This document shows positions 27,545 to 39,301 of a DNA stretch of 64,000 nucleotides, in pieces. Both the position numbers and the translations under genes were made by a program. Each line of letters begins with the position of its first letter. Position 1 is the first letter of the stretch. The notes beneath the pieces were generated by a model. It was not told the origin of the DNA and did no database searches. It worked only from the letters and a program-made list of their open reading frames with translations. The stretch lies in the NCBI RefSeq assembly GCF_006345805.1, contig NW_021832611.1, positions 310,001 to 374,000 of the forward strand, written 5' to 3'. Source of the stretch: Octopus sinensis (Eukaryota).

Positions 27545-27949
27545 GTTGACGTGAATTCTTATTTTGAATTATTATTACGACTGTTTAAAAATTTATATTA
27601 TTTTTTTAGGATTTATGTATTTAAACCAAGAAATTAAAAGTTAAATTAATTAAATTTTTCAATTTACTGATCCTCCATGTAGAGGGACATCAACTTTAGT
27701 TATCCTCTTGCTATTATTTTTCCTTTCTTTGGAGTCTTTGGAGTATTCGTTTTCTGTCACCTCATTTGTGTTATCATGTCTTCTCTTCTTATAATTAACT
27801 CCACTTTGATAAGTGTTCCGCACTGCATAATTTTTGTTGAGAATCAATGTTTTAGTCATTACGTCTTCAAAACCATGTTTATATTCTACGAACATATTTT
27901 CTAACGTCTTTGATGGAATCGTTTGAATGTATGCCAGAACATTGTCTTT

Positions 27950-28130
27950 ACTGATGAAAACGATTATCTATGATAAAAATCCTGTAGCACAAATAGATTA
28001 AGCAAAAAAGGGAATCACAATATTGGATGCTATTCAATGTTCGAAATTGGCATGAGAAGAGATTACAGACACTTAAATACAACATGGCTTTGAAAATATT
28101 GCTATTCAGATTCAAAGCAAATATTGTGAA
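27950..28130 (+). mobile_element. Highly degraded Tigger/pogo C-terminal remnant
   Basis: ITILDAIQCSKLA*EEIT..IQHGF resembles the pogo motif I.DAI...AW..V...TI.N.F. Confidence 0.35.
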
Positions 28131-29073
28131 TTCGATGATATAGAAAATATAAAAGTTGGAACGACTGTGATTTATGAGTCTCAACGTCAAATTAATTTAT
28201 AGACAAGACAACAATGCCAATGTTAGGCAGTATCCACTGTTCGATGGACATGATGTAAATAAATATATTGTTGTCGTGCAAACAAATGATCTCTATGTTA
28301 TCAAAAAAGGACAAGAGCAACCAAAAACAAAATAACAATATTCAAACATATACGCTAACTGCATAAATTGAGCATGGTTGGCTTTTTCATACAAATTAGT
28401 AAAAAGATTAACGAATTTTACATAAAAAATCATATTTTTAACAATAATTAAACATTTTGTTGTGTAAATTTTTAATTTCAGTAAAATTAAAGAATATAAT
28501 TATTCGGGGTGTATTTTAATCTGACTATGACATGTAATAAAAAAATTTCTAACAAAAATTATAAAATTTATAAAAATCCAAAGTCAAAAAATTGATTTAA
28601 AATAAATCATGTAAATCAGTAAATTTCAAAAAATATAGTCAATAATGGAAATTTGCTGAAGAATTACTACTTCTAACTCAAATCCAATAAGAAAATAATG
28701 TAGTAAAATGAAAAACAACACAAAACAGTAAACTAATCATAACGTGTGAAAGCGTGCAAATTATTAGATTTTCTTTTAAAAATTAAAAAAATTATATACT
28801 TATTAATAATATTTTGATCAAAACAATTTATTAATATAATTAAAATATCAAATATTAGCTTAAGGAATGATTGCAAATAAAACCTTTTGATATAAATCTC
28901 GTGAAGATCAATTTTTCTTTCATAATACAAAGATCTTCAAGTTTGTAAAATACCACCGGAACAAAAGAGGAAAACTTTGGACAAAATGCACATTCTTTAG
29001 TGAAATTCTCAAAATTGATTTTTTGCCAAGTGGATTCTTGTCGATTGTAGAATTTGTTGCAGTAGATCTAAAG

Positions 29074-29339
29074 CAGGGGTGGCAAACCTTTTTCACTGGC
29101 GAGCTACTTTTCATATTGCGATTTTTTGGCGATCGCTTATATATTTTAATAACAAAATTTTTATTTTATAATTAAAAGTTAATAGGATTTTGGCATTGTA
29201 ATTATCTTGCGACTATTTCGAATCCTGGGTCATATGATCTTAGTGCTATTCTCATGCAATCCGCAAGATGGTTATTCGTTAAATGGGCTCTGTATTGAAA
29301 TTTATATATCGAAGGCGATCGACTGGTTGGCCACCCCTG
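29074..29339 (-). mobile_element. 266-bp internally deleted hAT derivative (MITE-like)
   Basis: TIRs CAGGGGTGGCAAACC / CAGGGGTGGCCAACC; degenerate 8-bp TSD ATCTAAAG/ACCTAAGG; retains the transposase tail YRAHLTNNHLADCMRIAL. Confidence 0.8.
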
Positions 29340-29503
29340 ACCTAAGGAATTTAATGAACAGCTATTTAATGCTTTTTCAGAAAAAAATCGATCGAATTGC
29401 TCAAAGGAAACTGTTTGGGAATCAATCATAGCCGATTCTCTAATACTGTTGATTTTTATTGAAAAATAATAACCTTTGTTAGAAAATAAGAGTTATGTAT
29501 TAA

Positions 29504-30884
29504 TTAACTAAGGTTAATTTTAGAATCAGGAGACTGCCAAACGGGTATCCCGGCTATGATGGTCACCAGGGGAGTCAATTCCTGAGACAGTATTACCAAG
29601 TCCGCATCAGAACCAAACTCTAAAGTTCCCTTGCGGTTTTGTATTCCCAAAACTTCTGCTGGATGTAACGTTGCTGTTTCAATTGCTTCTGCGGCAGTTA
29701 ATTTTACAGAGTTGACAAGCATTTTAATCGACTTTGGAAGTGTGGTTACACTGATATCATTTTAAAACGATAAACCTTCCTGCCAGCGTGTTTGTCCCAT
29801 GAACCGTCACTGACTCTCCTTCCAAATCAACGGTGACAGTTCCGAGCTGATGTGTTCCTTCAGCCAGTCCCATGGCGCTCATTGCATCCGTGACAGTGAT
29901 AAATCCTTTGAATAAATAAATTTGTATTACCGTTAGGATTGCAGGAATGAGCCATTTTTATTGAAGCAGGATGTACGTGGATTCCGTCCGCGATAATCCC
30001 ATAATATATCCTTTTAGAAAAGAGTGTGTTTCCGAGTAATCCAAAAATGCTTGGATTTCGATGATGAAACTAAAATACAGAATTCATTCAACTGGGTTCA
30101 TCGCATTGAATAAATGAGTAATCAATGACCCTCCATTGGCAACAAAATGAAGAGCTTCCTTCAATGATGCACTTGAATGTCCTTAGAGTTCACCACAGAA
30201 AATGGGAACCAATCGAAACCACGACATTCTTTTGAGTAAAGAATTCAAGCGTTTCGTCGGGACAAAGTTCGGCAGCCACAGTCACTATTGCCACGTTGGA
30301 GAGATCTTCTCCGTACGTCTTAATCACGGTCTCGAGATCAGCTTTTTCGATCACCAAATCTTTACGATGAGCGCCTGCCTTATTTTTGGCGATGAAAGGG
30401 CCTTCCAAATGAATTCCTGAATTGAAGAATAATTTTAACCTAAAATTCCGGCTCCGTGGCTTCCACCATTTCTCTTAACAATTCGCGGAATCACCTTGGC
30501 TATATATTGACCTGCAAACGTATTTGTAGGTCTCTAATGAAGATGTCACTATTGTTGGACAAAAAGAGGTGACTCCATGACTCAATAGAAATTTGGAGAC
30601 CTGGTCAAGTTTGCCGTAGTAATCCGGGTGTGGAAAAGAGAAATCAATTCCAATAGCGCCTTGAATCATAACTAACAATTACCATTTATTTGGATATCAA
30701 TAAACCCTGGGCAAATGATTGAAGACAAGCAGTCGATTTCTACATCGGCAGACTTTTTATGTTTTAAAAATAAAATTTTTGGATTAATGATAATTCCATT
30801 TTGTGTATATAAATCTCCTTTTTGAATTTGTTTGTCGTGATAAATTAAACAGTTTTTATATCGAACGACTTTGTTATCATTCAT
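29504..30884 (-). CDS. AMDHD2: N-acetylglucosamine-6-phosphate deacetylase, 7 introns (23-28 nt)
   Basis: PGFIDIQING, HGVTSFCPT, GIHLEGPF, THLFNAM, YGIIADGIHVHP, VTDAM, TLAGS, ATLHPA, GSDADLV. Confidence 0.95.
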
Positions 30885-31984
30885 TTTAAATTGTATCTAC
30901 TCTGTATAGTTCTTAATATCTTTAATCCAATTTTTATAATTAAAATGCTAAAATTTAAATAAACTATAGTTATCATTAATTAGTGATTTTTCTCCTTTTA
31001 GAACAACTACTCCGCTAACTGGTAGATCCCGATACCTCTATTGTAGTAAGAAAGAAGACTTTTCGACAAATCAACTGGCATTCTCAGTCTCTCTCTTTTC
31101 GCGATAAGACGATTTTTATAATTTTGAGTTATAATTTTTGTATTTAATTAAACAAAAAACTAGAGTTTGATAGAACGACTAAAAATCGTTAACGATAAAT
31201 TATGAACAACTAAAAATACATTTCATAGTAATACATAAAATATATTTTGAATAAAACGGCGACATGGTTGTGCATCTCGCTTCAAGGGTTGGATTCGGAA
31301 ATTAATTCTAATTGATGGGAATCTTATAAAACTGAAATGTCCGAATTCCATTTTATGAGAGACATTTTATTCCGAATAAAACTGACACCAGTTACTTTAA
31401 GAAAAGTCGTCTTCGGTCAAGTAGAGGTGCCAATTTTAAAATATTTCGTAATAGAACGAGGAGTCAAAATAGACAGCGGAAATATAATTTCTGATAAATT
31501 TCTCTCCGAAACTGCTTTGAAAAAATCCGGTTTTTATTTGTATTTATGTTCCAGATGAATTTAGACCGAACTAAGCATTGAGGATGTTATAAAAATAATT
31601 TAAACCAACAAAAGGGTCCGCCAGAGTATAATTCGAGCCAAATTCATTTTCGAAATAAAAAGAAAAAAGGCCTCTCGTAGAAAGAATACGAAAAATATAT
31701 TTATTGGATCAGGTAGGCTCAATTATCCATAAGTCATGTGTAATTAAATTTTGAGAAGATACATCGCTCGCAAAAAAATTGATCAAAAGTCAAAATAAAA
31801 TGAAGAATAAAGATCTTTTTTAGAATAGTAATATCAATAACACTACAATTTCAGGTTAAAAGTGAACTCAAGGTAAAATTCTTACATTCTCAATTGCCTT
31901 TTAAAAAAGTATTCAAACTAAGTTTTATATAAAACGGGAAGGAGGTCGTGAAGAAATCTCAATGCTATTCTTTTTTTATTTTAG

Positions 31985-32190
31985 GAGCTACAGAACATTT
32001 TAGGCGAGGAAAAATTACAAGTGATATGGGGAAGATGTCACTGTATAATGAAATTGAAACATACTTTTTTTAGAATAACATTCTTTTTGTAAACATAATT
32101 TTATGTGCTATTGACGGCGCTGCTTCTACGATTGGCAAATAAAGAGGATGTTTGGCATATTTAAAATGTCGCGTACCATTTATTTTCACA
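31985..32190 (+). mobile_element. hAT transposase remnant
   Basis: NIILCAIDGAASTIGK*RGCLAYLK matches the DGAxxM.G motif. Confidence 0.5.
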
Positions 32191-32271
32191 ATTACACCGG
32201 CAACATTTAATTGCCAATAATTTTGGAGGTCGTCTTTTTAATTCTCTTTCTGTGAGAATTTTATTAAAATA

Positions 32272-33331
32272 CTAGCTCGGCAGCTTGCTTCGCTCACCGC
32301 GACCTAGCTCCTACGGAGGGTCTGTTTCATCAAACAACTATAACTAAAATAAGTCAAAATTTGTGGGATATAAACATACTCACCTCTATACTTCCATGTT
32401 AATATCGTCGCTTCTATTACGTTAGTCACCAAATTTTTGATAATTAACCTCTTTCCGTTGCATAATTTAGGTGGCACAAGATTTTTTAATTTTTTGCGTT
32501 TTCATTTTTAGATTTTGTGGTATCTTGTTTCCTGTTTAGTTTTTATTTTGTTATTGCTGAGCGAGGGGAGTTTTTGATACACAAACAGAATAATCAAACA
32601 TTCCAATAAAACACACCAATCAACACATCAATTAAAAGGATAGCTACAATCGACAGAGAAGCACCAGCCAAAAAAGAGACACGCAAAGAAGAACCGGACA
32701 ACATAATGTGAAGTTAAGCATAAACAGTTTAAATTAATTACCTTAAGCTGAGCTTTCTTGTCTTCAGCTTCGTTTTTCCTCCTTCGGTTATCTATTGATA
32801 AAATTATTTTTGAATAGTTAAAAGGATTAGGAAAAGAGACATAGCAAAAATAAATTCTATCTTAACGAAAAACTTAAATAAATAGTTAATATTTTTACGA
32901 AAATTCTTCTAATTGCGCTGTCAATTGGTGGTCAATTGTGTTAATGATTGTGCTATTGTGGTTATAACTTTTAAGATTTTTTTAAATCTGTTAATTGTAC
33001 ACTCTGTCGAGTTTGGTGGGAAGGTTTAAAGGACCTCATTATCTGAGTCGAGGACATGGGTGTTGTTCGTGTTGTTCATTTTAACTAAAATCTAGAAAAT
33101 ATATTTTTTTAATTTTTTAGGTAGGAAGGTTTAAGGGACCTCGTCGTTGAAGATATTCTTGATATGTTAGTTTTTTGAATGGAAGATTTTTGGAGAACCT
33201 CAACATTTTTGGAAAAAAGGATTTTGACAATTATAATCGAATAAGATTTTGACAATTTATTTGTACTTTGCCATTTTAAAGTTGGTGACCGCAGACAGAC
33301 AGACACACACCATACCATTTTATTATTAAGA
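32272..33331 (-). mobile_element. Complete non-autonomous Helitron with Pif1-helicase remnant
   Basis: A|TC...CTAG|T ends; GC-rich subterminal segment before CTAG; (GTCT)n; NLVPPKLCNGKRLIIKNLVTNVIEATIL..GEYVYIPQI (Helitron Pif1) at about 32340-32483. Confidence 0.9.
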
Positions 33332-34059
33332 TGATAAAATGGACATCGATTTGTTTACTTGACTGAGATGCTTTTTGCAGGTCTTTGGCGTAGAGATCCA
33401 TGAGCATATTTGTCTAGTCTGTGAACGTAGCAGCCCGATAGTTTTCATTTTTTTCAGAATCCTAGTGACTTGGTATCGGTTTTCTGTTAGGATGTAATTT
33501 GGGTGTTTAGTTTTTTTAAATATTTAGTCGCAAAACTCTGTATCGAAGTACAGGATGAATTTGTTGAGATAAAAGAGTTATTTTTAAATTTAGCGTAACT
33601 AGATTTTATTTCACAAATTAATTTAATTACTTTCGGTAAAAAGTTATATGAGTCTCAAAGAAGTAGGGAATTTTTATTTTTATTTGTGAATATTTTATTT
33701 GCAAAAATAATAGATTCTAGACTTTCCTCTGGGGACAAAACTGACCATTTAATGAAAATCTGGATTCTACTGAATTCATAGTCGTTGGGATTTTACAACA
33801 AGACAATGTCCAACTTGGTTTAACAATTATGAAGATCAATAATGATACGCCCTACGAGATCAATGTTAATAGACTAGCCATCTTTGGAAAACTAATAAAA
33901 CCAAATGAAAATTAAAGTAACAATTTATTTTATGAAGATTTCAATACAAGATTTCCTTGTATCTCTAATATCTATTTAGAGGGAGAAAAATCAACATTAT
34001 TCATTGCAATGAGGCAACTGTGTCATATAAAGCAAAATTTGAACTTTATTGTATTAATT

Positions 34060-34240
34060 TTGAACGTAGCAGAGGATAAGAGAAGCTCCGGACGCCTCCC
34101 TCGACATAGTCAAGCGAACTCCAGAAACAAGCAGAAGGAGAAACGATCATCGAGAACGGACATGGCTTTTTCACGCATATCAATAGCCATCTTGCGTTTT
34201 TGGGAATTGCCATTCCATCTTATTCTCTGCTGCTAATTAA
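34060..34240 (+). mobile_element. CRE-like RLE 3' fragment
   Basis: NDHRERTWLF..RISIAILR.GNCHSILFSAAN*, frameshifted. Confidence 0.65.
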
Positions 34241-34527
34241 TTACTCGTTTTCTCTGCTTAATATTTAACAATTTACATGATTCTTTCTTTTTAAACATTA
34301 TGCATTTTTGTTTAGTTAAAAAATGTTAAACGTAACAAGTTATCATAATTACCAAATTTATTAAAAATACAAAATATTCTTGAGGACGAAGATTTACAAG
34401 TTTATATACAGTGAACAAAAATAAAAACTGAACATGCTTTTTCTTATAATTTTACAATGGGACAATATTATAAATATGTCTCAAATTTATTCAGTTTTTT
34501 TAAGAAACATATATTTATGCACTTTTT

Positions 34528-35130
34528 ATGAAATCGAAAATTCAAAACCAAAAAAACCTGAACAAATTTAATTTACTTAAATATATCAAAGAAAAAGTTT
34601 TATTTTTTAAATTCGTTATGCACCCAAAATATTTTTGGGAAAGAGTTATTTTCAGCGATGAAAATAAATTTAACATGTACAATAGTTATGGAAAAAATTT
34701 TGAATTGAGAAATTGCAAGGAAAAATTTTTAACAAATAATGTGACAAAAACAGTAAATTTTGGTAAAGGAACTATTATGGTATGGTGTTCCATAAGCATA
34801 AATGGATTCAGTAATTTGGTTTGGATAAAAGAGAAAATTGATTGAGCTTTGTATGTTAACATACTAACGAATAATCTTATCTCATTTCTGAACAAAATAG
34901 AACCTAAAGATTCTATTTACCAACAAGACAATGATCCGAAACATATTTTGTAAATAGCAAAGCGCTGTTTCAAGTAAATAATATCGAATTGCCCATGGCC
35001 TGCACAAAGCCCAGATTTAAACTTCGTGGAGAAGGTTTGGGCTATTATTAAAGAAAAAATCAAATAAAGAAAATTTTTGTAAAAGGAACATATATTTGCA
35101 GAAACATCATCCATTTGGAATGAACTTTAA
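34528..35130 (+). mobile_element. Tc1-family transposase remnant
   Basis: RVIFSDENKFN, TVNFGKGTIMVW, YQQDNDPKH, SPDLNFVEKVW. Confidence 0.8.
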
Positions 35131-35549
35131 ACAAAATCAAATTCCCTAATCTGCAGACGAAAAGTTAATTTTGTGTTTTTTGATAAAAAAGAATGAAAAG
35201 CGTGGTAAATGATATTATAAAGTACAAGTCATTTTTATTATGGAGTACATGATTGTTTTTAAGTTTCAGGAACGATTAATGGAATAGCTTTAAATACAGA
35301 ATTTAGATTATCGAGAAGTGTGATTATGTTTGTACTTTAATGTTTATTCTACTTTATGTAAAAACTACACGGATTTATTGTTATGAACAAATCACAAGAT
35401 CTTTGAAAGAGTAATTTTCTACCTGTAAATAATTTCTGTCATTTATTTTAAATTATACATAATTTATTATTTATCAATAAGAAAGTTAAGAATTTTTTTA
35501 AATAATAAAAATTATAATTGTAAAATAAATTATTTAAACACGTTCTAGA

Positions 35550-36400
35550 ATGAGCGATGTTGTTAAGTATTTTGTAACATATGCTTATTTTATAGAAATG
35601 AAAAGGAAAAGCCAATTCCAGAAACTATATTAAAAAACGTAAAGCTTATGAAAAAAATCGCAAACAAGAAAAATTTCTAAAAGCAGAGAGAAGACTAGTT
35701 TCTTATTAAAAAATAATAAATAAATTAGAAATTAAAAGAAAATAACAAAGCAACTCTAAGAAGGGCCAAAAATTTCTTTGTGAGTTACAAATCAATGGAA
35801 GATAGTAAAAGAGCTTTTTTCCGAAACGCTAAAAAAGAATCTAAAACCTTAGTAAAGGATGAGAAAGGTCTTGTTTTTGTAGCTCGAATAAAAAAGTATT
35901 ATATTTATGATTATATAAAGTTTTAAAAAATGCCCCTTAAAAACGAAAAAAATATTACAGTTACTGCGTTTGGAGAATGTCAACGATGGAATGTTTTTAA
36001 GTCTCAATCGACCAACAATGCTCATACTTAAATTTGCTCAGTCTCACATTGTGTGGGGGAGTCCTTCCCTGACGACTGTCCGTAATCTTCTATATAAACG
36101 TGGTGCTGCAATGGTTGACGACAGAATTGTTCCTTAACTTCGAATGCAATGATTGAGGAGTCTTTGGGTTCATTCGAATTTTAATGTTTAGGTAAGTTTG
36201 ATATATTGTGCATGGAGGATCTCGTTCACGAGATTTACTCGGTTGGACCTAATTTTAAAGCAGTAATTACTTTTTTGGCTCCATTTGGACTGATTTTACC
36301 GCGTGATAATCTCCTTAGAAATCCAGACCATTTTCGGAAGAGTTTTCCATTTGGTGATCAGGGAGAAGCCATCAACGAATTAGTTGAGAATATGATTTAA
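35550..36400 (+). CDS. RPL7L1: uL30-family protein, RPL7L1/Rlp7-like; two -1 homopolymer frameshifts in this sequence
   Basis: PETILKKRKAY, LVFVARI, IVWGSPS, LLYKRG, IEESLG|KFDILCMEDLVHEI, FLAPF, GDQGEAINEL; 4 GT-AG introns. Confidence 0.8.
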
Positions 36401-37042
36401 TTTTATTCATTACTTTTTATTATTAAACTTCATTTTTTTAATTTAATCAAATGGGAAGGAAATAATGAAAACGCTTACGAATAAATTACTATTTCACACA
36501 TTTTCACACGTCGTTTTTTTGTGACTTGTATCTAGTAAAGAAGGTGTTCAGAATTTTTTTGTTTTTGTTGGCTTCTATAAATTTTGTAAGAATTGTATGA
36601 TATAAAGATACAATATATTTTGTGATGATTTCAATCCAGTTTCTTAAGTGCAAGTAAAATAAGTTCCCAGGTATTGGATCCGTTTAAGTAAGAAATAAAA
36701 TATATACTGAATATTTTAAAGTTTCGAAAAAGTCCCACTTGATTAATAGTTAATTTTATCATCTGTATTTTTTAACATTTTAATGTTGGGAATAAACTAT
36801 ATATTGTAAAATCTGTCGCCACAATTTTTGCAAAAATTAATTTTATTCTAAGAAGTCTCGACAAATATTTTTTGCTTACCACATTTTAATTTTTTGATTA
36901 AACAATTTATTCAATAAACTCATTTTTATCACATTAGACGTAACATAAGCAAGTGCATAAGATTCTCTGTTAGTAAAAAGCGTCGTATTATTGGCTAAAT
37001 CTATCGAAACTAAAGTCTAACGACGATAAGATCGATAATTAC

Positions 37043-38823
37043 TAGGGCAATTTAAGTTAAAAAAGTTAAAAATATGAAAATGTGTATTTTGGCTTAAAAG
37101 TAAAAATAAAGTATTTTTTAAATGAAATAGTTACTTATTAAAGAAAAAAATAAAGTTAAAAAAGTTAAAAAAAATTTTTTTATAAAGTTAAAAATTTTAA
37201 CTTTATTTAAAATAGCGCGTGGGTGTTTAGTATGCCAAGAACTGCAAAAACAATGTATTTTAAGGCAAAAAAAATTGTTATTGAATATCCGCTGGAGTTT
37301 TTATTACGAGAGAATGGCGAGTTGCAATGTCAACTTTGCTTATGCACAGTCAGGTGTGAGAAAAAGCATTTTGTGAATTCTCACCGAGAATCGAAGAAGC
37401 ACTCAAATTTATTAAGTTTTTACAAATTAATATAATTTTTAGAGAATAATTTCTATCAGCCTTGTTTGGACGAGTTACCCAATGATGACTGGTCAATGCA
37501 AGTCACTAAAGCATTTATTCAATGCGATATACCCTTGCATAAATTGACTATGCCTCCTCTAAAGAATTTATTCAAGAATACTTCTTTGCCTCTTCCTTCC
37601 CAATACAAAGCAAGAATGTGCGTTAAACAATTGAAAACTGAATATATTGTATTATTTCAAGAAAAGTTTAGGTTTATGAATATATAATTTTTTAGAAATC
37701 AACTTGTATTCGCCATAAGTGACGAGGTCACTATTCGTAGTCAAAAATTTGTTGCAGTTTTAATGGGGATACTAAAAATCCCGATAAAACTTATTTGATT
37801 TCTTTCGTAAAAATTGATAAAACTTCTACCAAAGAAACAATTATTCAAATTGTTGACGATACGATTAAATGCGTTTTAATTGAAAGACAAAATTTCCTTC
37901 TCCTAATAACAGATTCCGCTAAATATATGCTAGCAGGTTTTAATTTAACATATAATTATAGCTGGAAAAGTTCTTAAGCTTTTATATCCAAGGTTATTTT
38001 ACGTAACTTGTGTTGCTCATCTGATGCATAATTGTTCAATGAAAATCAGGACTATTTATCCTGAAATTGATTCTCTTATTGCATCAATTCAAGCGGCAAT
38101 AACAAAAAATAACAAGAGAAAACGACTATTTAATGAAATTGGAATTCCACCTCATGTAGTTTTAACTAGATGGGGTACTTGGCTAACTGCTGCATTTTAT
38201 TATGCAAAAAATTTAATACATGTGATAAACATTTTCAAAACAATTCCTGATGATGGAATCATTGTTCAGGCTGCAAAAAATAGCCTAAGAGATGAATCTC
38301 TAGTAAAAAGCTTAAGTTCTATTGTTAGAAATTATTTGACAATTCCAGGTAAAACTAGTTTAATAATAGCAGAATTATTGTGCAAATTTGAAAGTTCTCA
38401 CTCCTCAATAGAGTTAGCTTACAATGAGCTAAAGAATTTAAAATTTGACGACGAATCAGATATAATTGAAAAATATTTGAATGAACGATTACAAAAAAAT
38501 GATTTATGTCAAATTATAAGAATGACAAATTCATCAATTTCTCCTGAAGAATATTGTATGCTTTTAAAGTGTCAGCCTTCATCCTCTTCCATAGAACGAT
38601 GCTTCTCTCAAATTAAAAACTTTATGAGGGATAACAGAAATTTTAATATTGAAAATATAGAGAATTATGTTATATGTTTGTATAATAAATGATTCTTAAG
38701 TTAAAATTTGTTAGGTTAAAAATTTTTGTTTTATAGGTTAAAATTTGGTTATTTTTAGGTTAAAAAGTTAAAATTTTTAGGTTAAAAAATCGAAGTTTTT
38801 AGGTTAAAAAAAAAATTGCCCTA
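37043..38823 (+). mobile_element. Full-length hAT (CGGBP1/DUF659-like) with intron-containing transposase (CDS 37232-38692)
   Basis: TIR TAGGGCAATTT/AAATTGCCCTA; perfect TSD ATAATTAC (37035-42, 38824-31); CQLC..H..H finger, ISDEVT, LITDSAKYM, TCVAHLMH, TRWGTW, SSSIERCFS. Confidence 0.93.
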
Positions 38824-39301
38824 ATAATTACCATAAAACGAAAAGATTCTCTCATGAATAAAAATTAAAAATTCTTTAAAAAATAAATGAAACAAATTCT
38901 TTGACAGAGCTACGTACTTCACTTCTTTTACTTTTTAGGAATATATTTTCCTCCGAGATTATTAATGCAATTGGAAGTGAATTTTTTCGACTCCTGAGAA
39001 GATGTATCAGTTAGGAAATCACCCATACTCTTGCTTTCTTCTGAGCTTTCTCGTTGAAAGTTAGGTACGTCGCGGACTCACCAAAAAGATGATTCCAGAG
39101 AAAAAACGTTTTTTTTCAGATGGCACCTAATCTTTCCCTATCATTGTTATCGAGTTCGACTGGTTTCAAAATTGATGGGAATTTTTCTTATCTTTTTATT
39201 ACTCAAATGAGAATAGATCGATTTAAGATTACTATTATTAATTTGTCATGGATACGATATTTATAACGATATAAACATAACTACACGTACTAATATTAGT
39301 C

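Noticed and set aside
27659-28190. ORFs 27659-27895 and 27948-28190 as extra RGS exons or a GPCR
   Set aside because: I could not splice them in frame to the RGS ATG, found no GPCR motifs, and the opposite strand resembles a decayed Tigger.
29504-30884. NagA or ferrochelatase as bacterial horizontal transfers
   Set aside because: Both are intron-rich and carry animal-type motifs (AMDHD2, FECH with 2Fe-2S tail).
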